A stretch of DNA of 43,017 nt from positions 1 through 43,017 of the forward strand of contig MNGO01000011.1 in assembly GCA_001918765.1 (NCBI GenBank). Reading direction: 5' to 3'. Below the pieces are notes generated by a model, which saw only the letters and a program-made list of their open reading frames with translations, was not told where the DNA came from and searched no databases. Each line of letters starts with the position of its first letter. Positions within the stretch are counted from its first letter, which is position 1. This document shows, one piece after another, positions 28,398-38,409 of the stretch. The position numbers and the translations under genes are program-made. The DNA is from Crenarchaeota archaeon 13_1_40CM_3_52_10. Its GTDB lineage: Archaea > Thermoproteota > Bathyarchaeia > 40CM-2-53-6.

Positions 28398-28844
28398 ATG
28401 ACAACAGCGAAGAGAAAGACCCGGAAGCTCAGAGGATCTAGATGCCACGGCTGGGGACGTTCCGGCCAGCACCGAGATTCAGGAATGCTCGGCGGACATG
28501 GCAACGCGGGCTGGAAACGCCACAAGTGGTCCGCGGTCATACGGTACGACTTGCAGATGGGAAGCAGAGGCTTCCACCCGGTCCGACAAAAGATCACAAA
28601 CGCGATCAACGTAAGCGACCTGGTCCTACAACTAGACCGGCTGATAGAAGAGGGCTCCGCGAAACAAGCGGGCAGCATGGTCGAGGTTGACCTTGGAAAA
28701 GCAGGTTACCAGAAGCTGCTGGGAAATGGCGTGATAAGCCAGCCGCTAAGAATAATTGTTGCGAAGACCTCCGAACGTGCCCAAGAGAAAATTGGAAGGG
28801 CTGGCGGAGAAATCGTCCTCCCAACAAAGAACAAACAGGACTGA
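28398..28844 (+). CDS. rpl15: 50S ribosomal protein L15 (uL15)
   Basis: RKLRGSRCHGWG, GGHGNAG, KLLGNG. Confidence 0.96.
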   Translation: MTTAKRKTRKLRGSRCHGWGRSGQHRDSGMLGGHGNAGWKRHKWSAVIRYDLQMGSRGFHPVRQKITNAINVSDLVLQLDRLIEEGSAKQAGSMVEVDLGKAGYQKLLGNGVISQPLRIIVAKTSERAQEKIGRAGGEIVLPTKNKQD

Positions 28845-28847
28845 TCA

Positions 28848-30347
28848 CTAACGGTCAGGTTCATAGAACTATTCCAACCCCTGACCAGAATCCTTCCAGG
28901 AGTCAGATCACCAACTAGAGACGTTGGTTTCACAGAGAAGCTGATCTGGACCGCCATCACGCTCGTCGTCTATCTGATAATGGCCGAGACACCCATCTAC
29001 GGAATCACACACACGGGGAACATTAACGACCAGTTTGGACCCCTACGAGTCATCTTCGCATCCAACCGCGGAACACTAGTCGAGCTCGGAATCGGGCCAA
29101 TAGTCACAGCCGGACTGATACTCCAAGTGCTCTCTGGCTCCAAGATGATCAACGTCGACTTCACAAACCCAGCGGACAGAGCATTGTTCACTGGCGCGAG
29201 TAAGGTACTGTCGGTGTTCATGACCGTCTTCGAGGGAATAGCCTTCTTGATAGGAGGAGCATACAACGTCACGAACAGTGCGGGACAGCTTATCACGCCA
29301 AGCCTGCAAGCTCAATTCCTAATCCTCACCCAGCTCGTAGTCGCAGGAGTCGTCATCATCCTCCTGGACGAGATGCTCCAGAAAAAATGGGGCTTCGGCA
29401 GCGGAATCAGCCTCTTCATAGCCGCAGGAGTCTGCCTTTCCATAGTATGGAGCACCATCGGGCCAATATCACCAGTCGCAGATGGGAAATATTTTGGCGC
29501 GATTTTCGCCTTCGTCCAATCGATCGGACCCGTCCTCTCGAACCCCGGAAGCTTCTCTTCATGGCAGAGCGCGCTCTATAGAGGAGGGAGCGGTCTTCCG
29601 GACATGGTCGGACTGTTCACGACCATAGGCGTGTTCATCCTCATAATCTACCTCAACGGGCTGCGCGTCGAGGTCCCGGTCTCATACGCGAGATACAGAG
29701 GTTTCAGGGGACGCTTTCCGATCAAGTTCTTCTACGTATCCAACATACCCGTCATCTTCGCTGCCGCCCTCTTCGGAAACATCTTTTTCATCGGGCAACT
29801 GCTCTTCCAAAGATACAACCCCACATGTTCCAGCACAGGCCTAAACTTCTGGCTCAGCCTCTTCCCCGGCTGCTTCGTACCTACCAGCTCGACAAACGCA
29901 CAACTCGTTCCCAGCAAAGGACTTGCATACTACACGTTCGCGCCTAGATCCATCACCGTCGTCCTTCAAGACCCCATTAGAGCCGCAGTCTACATGGGCA
30001 TCTTCGTCCTCGCATGCGTTTTCTTCGCGGTGACATGGGTAGAGGTCGGTGGAATGGACTCGAAGACGGTCGCAAAACAGCTGATAGACTCCGGGATGCA
30101 AGTAGAAGGATTCAGACGTTCCGGCACCACCATCAGACAGATCCTTGACCGCTACATACCCACGGTCACAATCATGGGAGGAATCGTAATAGGCACCATA
30201 GCGGCCGGGGCCGATTTCCTGGGCGCCTTCGGCACGGGAACAGGGATTCTACTGACAGTAGGCATCATCGAACAATACTATGAGATACTGGTCAAGGAGA
30301 GAATTACCGAAATATACCCTGGAGTCAAGGGATTCCTCGGACAGTGA
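28848..30347 (+). CDS. secY: Preprotein translocase SecY (start at CTA 28848 or ACG 28851, non-canonical)
   Basis: Conserved N-terminus RFIELFQP..LPGVRSP..FTEKLIWT lies upstream of the first ATG; ELGIGPIVTAG, GSGISLFI, NIPVI. Confidence 0.96.
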   Translation, partial: LTVRFIELFQPLTRILPGVRSPTRDVGFTEKLIWTAITLVVYLIMAETPIYGITHTGNINDQFGPLRVIFASNRGTLVELGIGPIVTAGLILQVLSGSKMINVDFTNPADRALFTGASKVLSVFMTVFEGIAFLIGGAYNVTNSAGQLITPSLQAQFLILTQLVVAGVVIILLDEMLQKKWGFGSGISLFIAAGVCLSIVWSTIGPISPVADGKYFGAIFAFVQSIGPVLSNPGSFSSWQSALYRGGSGLPDMVGLFTTIGVFILIIYLNGLRVEVPVSYARYRGFRGRFPIKFFYVSNIPVIFAAALFGNIFFIGQLLFQRYNPTCSSTGLNFWLSLFPGCFVPTSSTNAQLVPSKGLAYYTFAPRSITVVLQDPIRAAVYMGIFVLACVFFAVTWVEVGGMDSKTVAKQLIDSGMQVEGFRRSGTTIRQILDRYIPTVTIMGGIVIGTIAAGADFLGAFGTGTGILLTVGIIEQYYEILVKERITEIYPGVKGFLGQ

Positions 30348-30357
30348 CCCCGAGAAC

Positions 30358-30948
30358 TTGTCCCGCACTATCATAGTGGCCGGCATACCAGGGGTCGGCA
30401 AAACCACGGTTCTTCAAGAACTGGAGAGCGTCGCTCGGGAAAAGAACGTTCCATTGAAGATAGTGAACTTTGGAAATGTAATGAACGAGCTATTCAAGAA
30501 ACGTGGAAAAACTGTTCATCGGGACCATATGCGCCGCCAAGACCTCGAACTCCAGGCTAAAGTCCAGGAACAAGCCGCACGCGAGATCGGAAAGACAGGC
30601 GGCAAATCAGCACTGGTCGTCGACACTCACATGTTCGTACGGACCAAGGATGGAATCTGGCCCGGAACGCCCCGAAGAGTTCTAGAACAGCTTGACCCTG
30701 GCCTCATCATTTTGATCGAAGCTGATCCCGAGGACATTGCGAGGAGAAGGAATGCGGATAGAACGCGTGAGAGAGACAGTAAGACCGTTGACGAGGCTCG
30801 CACGGACCTTGAATGGTCAAGATACATGGCAAGCGCCAATGCTGTTCTGGCCGGCGCGCCAATCCAGATAGTTCTGAACCCAGATGGACATCAACGACGA
30901 GCAGCAGAGGACCTATTAGCGCTAATCCAGAAGCGGACCCTACAATGA
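30358..30948 (+). CDS. adk: Archaeal adenylate kinase
   Basis: GIPGVGKTT, VNFG, RDHMR, DTH; lies directly after secY. Confidence 0.93.
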   Translation: MSRTIIVAGIPGVGKTTVLQELESVAREKNVPLKIVNFGNVMNELFKKRGKTVHRDHMRRQDLELQAKVQEQAAREIGKTGGKSALVVDTHMFVRTKDGIWPGTPRRVLEQLDPGLIILIEADPEDIARRRNADRTRERDSKTVDEARTDLEWSRYMASANAVLAGAPIQIVLNPDGHQRRAAEDLLALIQKRTLQ

Positions 30949-31496
30949 GTTTCATAGACGATATCCTGAACACATTAGCCGCGCCTCTCCATCAATACAG
31001 TCATCCACCCTCTGCAACGCTCCTGGTGCTGGGCGCAGCGATCGTCCTCTCACTCATTACCATGTCCGCTAACAGGTTCCTCGTGAACTACAAGATGATC
31101 GCAAACTCCAGACGCGAGTACATGGCCTGGACAAGCGCGGTGAGGAAGGCCAAGAAAGATGGTGACGAGAAAGCGCTTGAGAAGCTCATGAGACGTCAGT
31201 CGGCGATGATGAAGATGAGTTCGCGATCGACCTTCGAGCAGTTTAAGACATACCCGATTACGATCGTACCTTTTCTCTTGATCTACTACACGGTGGTCAG
31301 GGCGATCGGCTCGATCCCGGTAGCATATGCACCGCTCGTCCTGCCCTTTACTACGGCGACGACTAACGGGATGTTTTCCGTGCTGTCCTTGTTTTACTGG
31401 TATCTTATCTGCTCGTTTACTCTGAGCATTCCATTGTCAAGGTTGTTTGGAGTCCAATCTTCGTTCTCAATGACCCCATCGGGAGATTCTAAATGA
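30945..31496 (+). CDS. EMC3/TMCO1 (DUF106, Oxa1 superfamily) membrane protein
   Basis: TM, coiled coil, TM, then WYLICS motif; conserved position after adk. Confidence 0.88.
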   Translation: MSFIDDILNTLAAPLHQYSHPPSATLLVLGAAIVLSLITMSANRFLVNYKMIANSRREYMAWTSAVRKAKKDGDEKALEKLMRRQSAMMKMSSRSTFEQFKTYPITIVPFLLIYYTVVRAIGSIPVAYAPLVLPFTTATTNGMFSVLSLFYWYLICSFTLSIPLSRLFGVQSSFSMTPSGDSK

Positions 31497-31765
31497 CTCG
31501 TCCATCGCAGAGGACGAGTGGACGCCGGAAGAAGGTGCTTACTCTGCCGTCTGGTGTTCGGACTATCCATTTTGCTGCCAAGGCGCACAGGAGTGCTCAA
31601 TGTTCCCGATGTGGGGCGGAGTTGCATGGAGTGGTGACAGGTAGGCCGGTCGGAGTGGCAAAGAGTTCTCGTGTTCCCTCTCGTCCGTTTGCTGGAGTGC
31701 TGTGTGGCAACTGTCTGGCGTTTGAGATTAGACGTGTTGCTCGCGCCTCAGGTTCTATCGATTGA
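31493..31765 (+). CDS. rpl34e: 50S ribosomal protein L34e
   Basis: CSRCG.ELHGV, KSSRVPSRPFAGVLCGNC. Confidence 0.93.
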   Translation: MTRPSQRTSGRRKKVLTLPSGVRTIHFAAKAHRSAQCSRCGAELHGVVTGRPVGVAKSSRVPSRPFAGVLCGNCLAFEIRRVARASGSID

Positions 31766-32358
31766 TTGTGACAGTTAGCGGGCCTCATGGGTCCGGCAAG
31801 TCTACCTACGCGGCGAAGCTCGCCGGATCGCTTGGTCTCCGTCATGTGTCAGCTGGGCTAATGTTCAGAAAACTAGCCGATGAGAGGAAGGTTTCGCTGG
31901 AAAAATTTCAGGAGTTGGCTGCCACTGAACCGAGTATTGACCGGTTGGTAGATGAGAGGACAATGACAGAGGCGGAGAGAGGTGATGTGGTGGTTGATGG
32001 ACAGCTTGCGGGGTGGGTTTTGAAAGAGGTTTCTGACCTGAGGGTTCTGTTGACCGCCCCGTTGGTGGTGCGGCTGGAGAGGATTGCTTCAAGAGACCAC
32101 ATTAGTCTGGAGGAGGCCAGGAGGCAGACACTGCACAGAGAAGGAGTGCAAGCTGAGAGATATCGCAAACATTACGGGTTCAGCGTGGATGATTGGTCCA
32201 TATACCAACTAATCCTCGATACGAGTTTCGGCTCGATTGAAGATACCGCAGAGATCCTGCTTGCTGCGGCTCTTACGGCGAAGAACGCGAAGATTGGGAA
32301 TATTCGAGAGAAGAACCCTAGAGTTCAGCCTATCCCAGCGAACACCGTTCACCCATAA
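31762..32358 (+). CDS. cmk: Cytidylate kinase
   Basis: SGPHGSGKST, SAGLMFR, ERYRKHYG. Confidence 0.92.
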   Translation: MIVTVSGPHGSGKSTYAAKLAGSLGLRHVSAGLMFRKLADERKVSLEKFQELAATEPSIDRLVDERTMTEAERGDVVVDGQLAGWVLKEVSDLRVLLTAPLVVRLERIASRDHISLEEARRQTLHREGVQAERYRKHYGFSVDDWSIYQLILDTSFGSIEDTAEILLAAALTAKNAKIGNIREKNPRVQPIPANTVHP

Positions 32359-32512
32359 CACACCCACGGACCGCGACAGAGTTGTGGCTAGGGTACATGC
32401 TATCCGGATAGCCACAGCACTGATTCTCTATCGGAACCATCGTCCAGTAACAACATCCTCATTCCAGAGAATCTGGTCATAGTCGTGCATGTCCCTCCGG
32501 GGTTGACCTCTC

Positions 32513-33145
32513 CTGGCAGTACAGAGCACAGAGCTAGTAGTTCAAGAGACAGGCAGTCGTAGTGCTGAACTAGTCTTCGGCTCCATAGATGGCCTGTTTT
32601 CTGTCCTCGGCATCATTTCAGCAGCAGGCTCAGCGGCACTCATACCAGTCCAGATCTTCGCAACAGGTGTGGGAGGAGCGGTCGCGGGTGCACTCTCCGT
32701 TTTTGCTGCAACCTACCTAGCCGAGACACACGAAAAGAAAACTCGGCTACTGGAAGCGATAACACGGACAAACCGCCAGAGGTCACGACAAACCAATGGC
32801 AACAAGAAAAAACCAGCTCCCCTCACAACGGAACATCCGAAGATCCATCGATTGTTAGGAAAAATCAATCGAAGAGCGTTAGGCTCCGGAATAGTCACCG
32901 CCATCACATCGGCTCTCGCATCTTTGGTTCTACTTTTGCCCCTGGTCCTATTCCCCGACACATACGCTGTAACCGCATCAATCGTCATAGGAGTCCTATT
33001 GCTCTTCTTGCTAGGAGCATTCCGAGGAGTCACTCTGAAACAGTCAGCCGCGAAATCCGCCCTGAAAATGGTCATTTTAGGAATTCTCGTAATATTGGCG
33101 AGTAAAGTCCTCGGTTCCTACGTTCTGAAGCTCGTAACCCAGTAG
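32513..33145 (+). CDS. VIT1/CCC1 family transporter, probable CTG start
   Basis: ELVFGSIDG motif is in frame upstream of the listed start; AGALSVFAATYLAE. Confidence 0.82.
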   Translation: MAVQSTELVVQETGSRSAELVFGSIDGLFSVLGIISAAGSAALIPVQIFATGVGGAVAGALSVFAATYLAETHEKKTRLLEAITRTNRQRSRQTNGNKKKPAPLTTEHPKIHRLLGKINRRALGSGIVTAITSALASLVLLLPLVLFPDTYAVTASIVIGVLLLFLLGAFRGVTLKQSAAKSALKMVILGILVILASKVLGSYVLKLVTQ

Positions 33146-34129
33146 CTACGGAATACCACCGGCAAGAATCTTCACCAACTTTGAAGAATCAATATTTCCG
33201 CCGGACACAATGCAGACAATTTTCCCTGACCCAGCCCTGCCCGTCGTAGCCGCAGCGACAGATGCTGCTCCAGCACCTTCGGCGACAATCCTGTTGCGCT
33301 CTATCAAGAGCTTGATGGCAGCGGCGATCTCTGAGAGAGAAACGACCAGGGGCAGAAGCAGGGTCCGAGCGCGCTCCCACATTTCGGGGAGAACACTTTT
33401 TCCACCGATACCATCGACGAAACTAGGGGTTCTATTGATCTCCTGGGCTGAACCAGCGGCGAAGGACGCGGACAGTGGCGCTGCGGTTTCCGGCTCGACA
33501 GCGTAGATTCGAGTCTGAGGACTTTTCGCGCGGATTGCTGATGCGATGCCTACGGATAGTCCTCCGCCTCCAAATGGTATGACAACTGACTCCGCGTCGG
33601 GTAAGTCTTCGAGGACTTCCAGGCCCGCGGTTCCGTTTCCTGCCATCATTCGAATATCTGCGAAAGGATGAACGAACACGGAGCCGTCAAGGGGAGGATA
33701 TCGATGAGTGACGACGACCTTCCAGACTTCGTCAAACGAGGCTTGGATGATTTTTGCGCCGAACCTTCTGATCGCTTCTAGCTTTGTCTCTGGAGCATTG
33801 TCAGGAACGATTACTGTACACGGAATTTTGTTTTGACGCGCTTGCCAGGCGAGAGCTTGGGCCATGTTTCCCGCGCTGCAGGTGTATACTCCACGCTTTC
33901 TTGCGTCTGGACCCGCGAGGGCGATCGCGTTGCTGGCGCCTCGGACTTTGAAGGAGCCGGTTGGCTGTAGATTCTCCAATTTCAGAAAGATATCCGCCGG
34001 CCCATCGACGTTCAAACGGACGAGTGGAGTTCGCAGAACTTTGCCCTTGATGCGTTCTCTGGCTTCTTCGATAAATTTCAGGGGTATTGGGCCACGTATT
34101 TCCGAGCCTCGAACGGCTTTTTCCAGCAC
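33146..34129 (-). CDS. ilvA: Threonine/serine dehydratase (PLP-dependent)
   Basis: KLENLQPTGSFKVRGA, SAGN, PFGGGGL, SGGN. Confidence 0.88.
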   Translation of the reverse strand: MLEKAVRGSEIRGPIPLKFIEEARERIKGKVLRTPLVRLNVDGPADIFLKLENLQPTGSFKVRGASNAIALAGPDARKRGVYTCSAGNMAQALAWQARQNKIPCTVIVPDNAPETKLEAIRRFGAKIIQASFDEVWKVVVTHRYPPLDGSVFVHPFADIRMMAGNGTAGLEVLEDLPDAESVVIPFGGGGLSVGIASAIRAKSPQTRIYAVEPETAAPLSASFAAGSAQEINRTPSFVDGIGGKSVLPEMWERARTLLLPLVVSLSEIAAAIKLLIERNRIVAEGAGAASVAAATTGRAGSGKIVCIVSGGNIDSSKLVKILAGGIP

Positions 34130-34201
34130 TACTGATCAGCCGACCGATACGGGTTCTCAACTCTTAAACACCAATGGAGCAATGCCGACCAGCGGGGTCT
34201 C

Positions 34202-34594
34202 ATGCGAAAGGAAGCTGTGAAAACTGGTCCCGCGCCTTTGGGTCTTCCATTTTCGCCGGCTGTAAAGTTTGGAGATCTATTGTTCGTTTCCGGGCAAGGA
34301 CCAATCGACAAAACCGGGAAAGTAATTCCTGGCGACATCCGAACACAAACAAACGCTACTTTGGAGAATTTCAAGAGAATCATGGAAGCCGCAGGGTCCA
34401 GTATGGACTGCGTCCTCCAGACTACAGTCTACCTCAAGGATGTCGCTGATTATTCTGCGATGAACGAGACCTACTCCAGTTTCTTCAATGACCCGAAGCC
34501 GGCGAGGACGACTGTCCAGGCGGGCGACCTGCTCTTCGGGATGAAGGTAGAGATTCAGGGCATCGCTTATGTCCCTGACAGACAGAGAAAGTAG
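34202..34594 (+). CDS. ridA: RidA family imine/enamine deaminase
   Basis: FVSGQ, MNETY, PARTTV, VEI. Confidence 0.92.
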   Translation: MRKEAVKTGPAPLGLPFSPAVKFGDLLFVSGQGPIDKTGKVIPGDIRTQTNATLENFKRIMEAAGSSMDCVLQTTVYLKDVADYSAMNETYSSFFNDPKPARTTVQAGDLLFGMKVEIQGIAYVPDRQRK

Positions 34595-34964
34595 CATCAG
34601 TAATCCTTCTCAGAGAGGGTCGTCCCTGAAGCACAGCAAACACCAGTTCCTCTATCTCACTACCGAAGGGTGGAAGACCAAGACACCGCATCGAATAGAA
34701 ATCTGGTACATCCGACACCAAGAGCGATTCTACCTCATCTCACAGTATCGTGACGAGGGTCACTGGGTACAGAACATCAAGAACCATCCGCGAGTCACGT
34801 TTGAAGTAGACAGTGACAAGTATGTCGGATTAGGCCGAGTCGTCGATGCTGACGATGAGCCGGAACTGGCCAAGAAGATAACGGAACTCATGGAAGCCAA
34901 GTACCAATGGAGCGACGGACTGATCATAGAACTCAGACCGGAACCAGGCACCGAGCAGAAATAA
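34569..34964 (+). CDS. Deazaflavin(F420)-dependent oxidoreductase / split-barrel family protein
   Basis: YLTTEGWKT..HRIEIW, WVQNIKNHPRV. Confidence 0.78.
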   Translation: MSLTDRESSISNPSQRGSSLKHSKHQFLYLTTEGWKTKTPHRIEIWYIRHQERFYLISQYRDEGHWVQNIKNHPRVTFEVDSDKYVGLGRVVDADDEPELAKKITELMEAKYQWSDGLIIELRPEPGTEQK

Positions 34965-35103
34965 CAATGGTGACCAGTGGCGGGGACCAAAGCTTCGGCT
35001 CGGAACCTGCATTCAAGGAGTTTACTCTTATATTGAGCATCCAACTTTGCTTTCTCGAGGAGTGTCGTCGACGGTTTCAAGCCAGCTTTCTGTTGACAAG
35101 GTC

Positions 35104-35538
35104 GTGGAGGTCGTCGAATTTCAAGACCTGAAGGACTTGTCGGATACTGGCGCGGTTGAAGCTCTTGCGAAAGAATTTGGCATTGTATATGTTACCGCGA
35201 TCACACGGGATGGCTGTTCAGGTTGCATGGAGCAGAAGCCCTTGTTCCGAGAGCTTGCCCAAAAAATGAAAACGGATCTTGGCAAAAGGGTTCATTTCGC
35301 GAACGTTCATGTTCGCTATACGGAGGACGATCGGCAAGAGTCTTGGAATAGCAAGAAGGTCTTTCGACACGCCGCGTATCCAACGTATCTTGTTCATGTG
35401 AGATCCAAGAACGGCGTCCTAGAAGTCTACAGGGCGATTTATCCCAATATGGAGGAGCTGGAGAAACAGACGCGAGAATCCTTAGACCTTGCGGCATTCT
35501 ACAAGGATGCAGTCTGGGAGAAGCTAGAAAACGTCTAG
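35104..35538 (+). CDS. Thioredoxin-fold protein
   Basis: CSGC..QKP and YPT cis-Pro motif; start uncertain. Confidence 0.7.
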   Translation: MEVVEFQDLKDLSDTGAVEALAKEFGIVYVTAITRDGCSGCMEQKPLFRELAQKMKTDLGKRVHFANVHVRYTEDDRQESWNSKKVFRHAAYPTYLVHVRSKNGVLEVYRAIYPNMEELEKQTRESLDLAAFYKDAVWEKLENV

Positions 35539-35750
35539 CTCGCTGTGGCTTCGAGATCGTAGAGGCCAGCGAGAGCGCCATGTATAGGATGGTTGTCGAA
35601 CAACCGGAAGAATCCGCCTAGGACGAGGAATAGGCCTCCGAGCTGTAGGCTGAGGACTGCATGCTGGTAGCCGAGTGTCCGGGAACCTAGGAGGAGAGAC
35701 GAGAGCGTTAGGGTGAGGCCGAGGAAGGCGACTATCTTGGTCTTGAGCAT
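35535..35750 (-). CDS. Small membrane protein
   Basis: 71 aa with two hydrophobic helices. Confidence 0.5.
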   Translation of the reverse strand: MLKTKIVAFLGLTLTLSSLLLGSRTLGYQHAVLSLQLGGLFLVLGGFFRLFDNHPIHGALAGLYDLEATAS

Positions 35751-36556
35751 GCGGGCACTACAGCATCAATCACAAGATATGGAATGGAAGATGAAGCTAT
35801 AATGCTGACCCAACCTTCTCACGGAACAATAGTAAAAACAAGGAACGGAGAAAGCACTTATGCGCCGCCAGGTTACTTGAAACATACCTCCTTTTTCGTT
35901 AAGGCGGCCCGCTGTCCTGCGTTGATCCTGGGCGATCCTGTAGGGGTTTGAAAGAGACGATTGGCATCGGCCTAGCACTTTCGCAGTGGTCCGGGGAGAC
36001 CATTCATGCGTCGTGAGAGCGTTGACACATATCCCCTTTTTCCAGAGTCACCTGCCAGTCCGGTGTAGATTCGGGCGAGTCTGGCGATTCAAGCCCTGGT
36101 CTGGGCTTTGATGAGACGAGAAAAATCGCGGTTATATCCGTGAATCCCAAATGATTCCGGGGCGAAATCTTGGGGATGCCGCAGATTCAATATCAGGGTT
36201 GATAATGGGCGATTTTCTAATCCGGAAGTTTCCCGTCAACCACTCTTGCGACGCGAGACTCGGTCGCTAAGACCCCCTATTTTCTAGAAACCATTTCCTG
36301 TCTGGCACCGATGACACGCGAGTCCGGGTGATCAGGGCACAATTCTGGTTCGGATGACCTAGCAAAGAAGACGACAATCCCGAACGAATTTCGGGAGAGT
36401 TCCATGAGGTGTCCCAGATTCGGGATCAGGGCTGATTCTGAGCGAGTTTTTCCATGCCCTAGGCGACTTCTTGCATTTCTTGTAGAGGGTTCTGTACAAT
36501 TGCCCTTGGCATGAGAGCGCGTCAAAGAAGGCCTGGGGGGTTTCTACAGGTATGTC

Positions 36557-37111
36557 TTACCTGAACTTGTCTGGAAACTGTTTGACGATGCCCTTGTAGA
36601 GCGCGTCCGCGAGAGTCAGTATCTCAGTGTAAATATCGTCGAAGGCGAAGATTGCGTCCTTCCATTTCTTGCCGAGTACTGCTACAACCTCCTTCTTCGT
36701 CAGATCAAGATGTTGCTTCAACAAGTCGGAAACGTCGCGCCTGGGCCAGTTAGGGTTCGCACCGCTTAGGAACTTGGCAATCTCTTCGGCATTATCAGAC
36801 CATTGCTTGTCTTCTTCCCGGAATTTCTGCTGGTTTCCATTCTTAGCAGCTCCAACTAGCTCAACAGCGATCTTGATGTGCTGTTTCAGTAAGCCAGTGA
36901 GCTTGTTTCCGGCATCCTTTCCATAGTACTGGGAGACGGCGTCGCCTATGTGTTCCTGATTCTTGAGCAATCTCTCCGCAGCTGCATCAGCGTTTGACAT
37001 ACTGAGTCCAGCAGCAATGATGTACTCGCGGGTATAGAACACATGGTCAGACCAGAGTTTCCGCATCCCGACTGCAAGCGAATGCTCTTTTTCATTCATC
37101 GTGGTCTGCAT
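36557..37111 (-). CDS. Conserved helical hypothetical protein (MRKLWSDH family)
   Basis: MRKLWSDHVFYTR, RLLKNQ, LLKQHI/LLKQHL internal repeat, ANPNW. Confidence 0.8.
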   Translation of the reverse strand: MQTTMNEKEHSLAVGMRKLWSDHVFYTREYIIAAGLSMSNADAAAERLLKNQEHIGDAVSQYYGKDAGNKLTGLLKQHIKIAVELVGAAKNGNQQKFREEDKQWSDNAEEIAKFLSGANPNWPRRDVSDLLKQHLDLTKKEVVAVLGKKWKDAIFAFDDIYTEILTLADALYKGIVKQFPDKFR

Positions 37112-37266
37112 TTTCAGATCGGTTTCCGAATTTCATAATCCCGCGTATTTAAGCGCGCAACTTACCAGAATCCGAAGTTGTCCGTGCAAGCCCTGCCATG
37201 CGTTCTGAGAACCAGAGACCGCTCTTCTATAGACTTAAACCCGACAAGACGCGTTTTATTCCCATA

Positions 37267-37644
37267 ATGTCGAAACCTATTTTGACTATCGAGCTGAAGG
37301 CGTTACAGGATCGAGTGAGCGAAGCAACTCAGTTCCTGAAATCAAGGGTCGAGGGGAAAATGAAAACTAAGGGAACGCAGCTTCAGATCGAAGGCGCGAA
37401 AACCAAAGAAGTCAAACTACTGCTCCACAAGTTCCTTCACCATCAAGGCCTAAACCATTACAGAGTCCTAAGCCAGAGCGGGGTCCTGGAGGTTACGCCG
37501 CCAGAGAAACATGTAGTGCATGAACCGGAACGCGTAGGGTCTCCACCAACGGCACCTCAAACGACCCCATACTATTTCCCGCAAACACCAGTCCTAACCC
37601 CGGAGAAAAAGAAGAAGGCCAGACCCAAACACAAGCACGAATAA
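37267..37644 (+). CDS. Ribosomal protein eL22-like protein with Pro/Lys-rich tail
   Basis: QFLKSRV..VKLLLHKFLHHQGLNHYRVL resembles the eL22 motif YLKYLTKKYLKK..LRD.LRVV. Confidence 0.6.
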   Translation: MSKPILTIELKALQDRVSEATQFLKSRVEGKMKTKGTQLQIEGAKTKEVKLLLHKFLHHQGLNHYRVLSQSGVLEVTPPEKHVVHEPERVGSPPTAPQTTPYYFPQTPVLTPEKKKKARPKHKHE

Positions 37645-37654
37645 CCCCGGAGCA

Positions 37655-38035
37655 CTAGTCGCCTTTTGCAGGCTCGCCTGCTTTCAAGGGACCCACAATC
37701 TCCACCACGTACCCTTCAGGATCTTTGAACCCAGCGGACCGCGTCCCCCAGGGACGGTTCGTCGGAGGATCGTCGAACTTCACACCCCTAGACTTGAGAG
37801 AAGAATAAACTTCATCGACATCATTAACCTCCAAATGTACCTCTACCGTTGAACGGGAGAGAGGCGGGGCCTTGGTGAGCCTATGAAACGCTAGCCGCGA
37901 CCCTTTGGTGTCGAACATGATGAAGTTCTCGTTCTCCTCGGCAACCGGAAGACCGAGAGCATCCTTGTAGAGCTTCTTCACCTGATCGAAATGGACTACC
38001 CAAAGTGTCAGGTAAGATAGCTTGCTAAGCCTCAT
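37655..38035 (-). CDS. VOC/glyoxalase family protein
   Basis: YKDALGL, VNDVDEVY, PWGTRSAGFKDPEGYVVEI. Confidence 0.9.
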   Translation of the reverse strand: MRLSKLSYLTLWVVHFDQVKKLYKDALGLPVAEENENFIMFDTKGSRLAFHRLTKAPPLSRSTVEVHLEVNDVDEVYSSLKSRGVKFDDPPTNRPWGTRSAGFKDPEGYVVEIVGPLKAGEPAKGD

Positions 38036-38150
38036 GAAACGAGTCGCAACTTGCCTCGCGAGATTGCGATTATTAGCATATTCGGGAGCTTATCGAGGAT
38101 TCCAGAACATGACTCTATTAGGAGCGGCGACAGTGGTAGGTGGTATTAGT

Positions 38151-38330
38151 TTGACAAAATTTATGATGTCGCTTCGCGACGAGAACTATCGCGCCCTAAC
38201 CGGCGCTGCAATCGACCGAGGGATTTCCGTTCAAGAGCTTCTCCGAGCCGTGATCATACCCGACTGGGTCAAGGAGACCCCTCGAGGAATAGTCTCCAAC
38301 AACTGGCCTTCTATCAGACCACGTCGCTAG
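38151..38330 (+). CDS. Small ribbon-helix-helix DNA-binding protein
   Basis: KFMMSLRDENY..L...A.DRGISVQELLRAVIIPDW. Confidence 0.7.
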   Translation: MTKFMMSLRDENYRALTGAAIDRGISVQELLRAVIIPDWVKETPRGIVSNNWPSIRPRR

Positions 38331-38409
38331 ACCAACGCAACGCCGACAACTCGGTTTTCCTCATTACCATCTTATTAGGGACGACTACGAACGAGCCGGG
38401 CGAGTAAAC

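Noticed and set aside
35760-36550. Long intergenic region with ORB-like TTCCGGGGCGAAA..GGGG
   Set aside because: Single weak match, no cdc6, and short ORFs without coding signature
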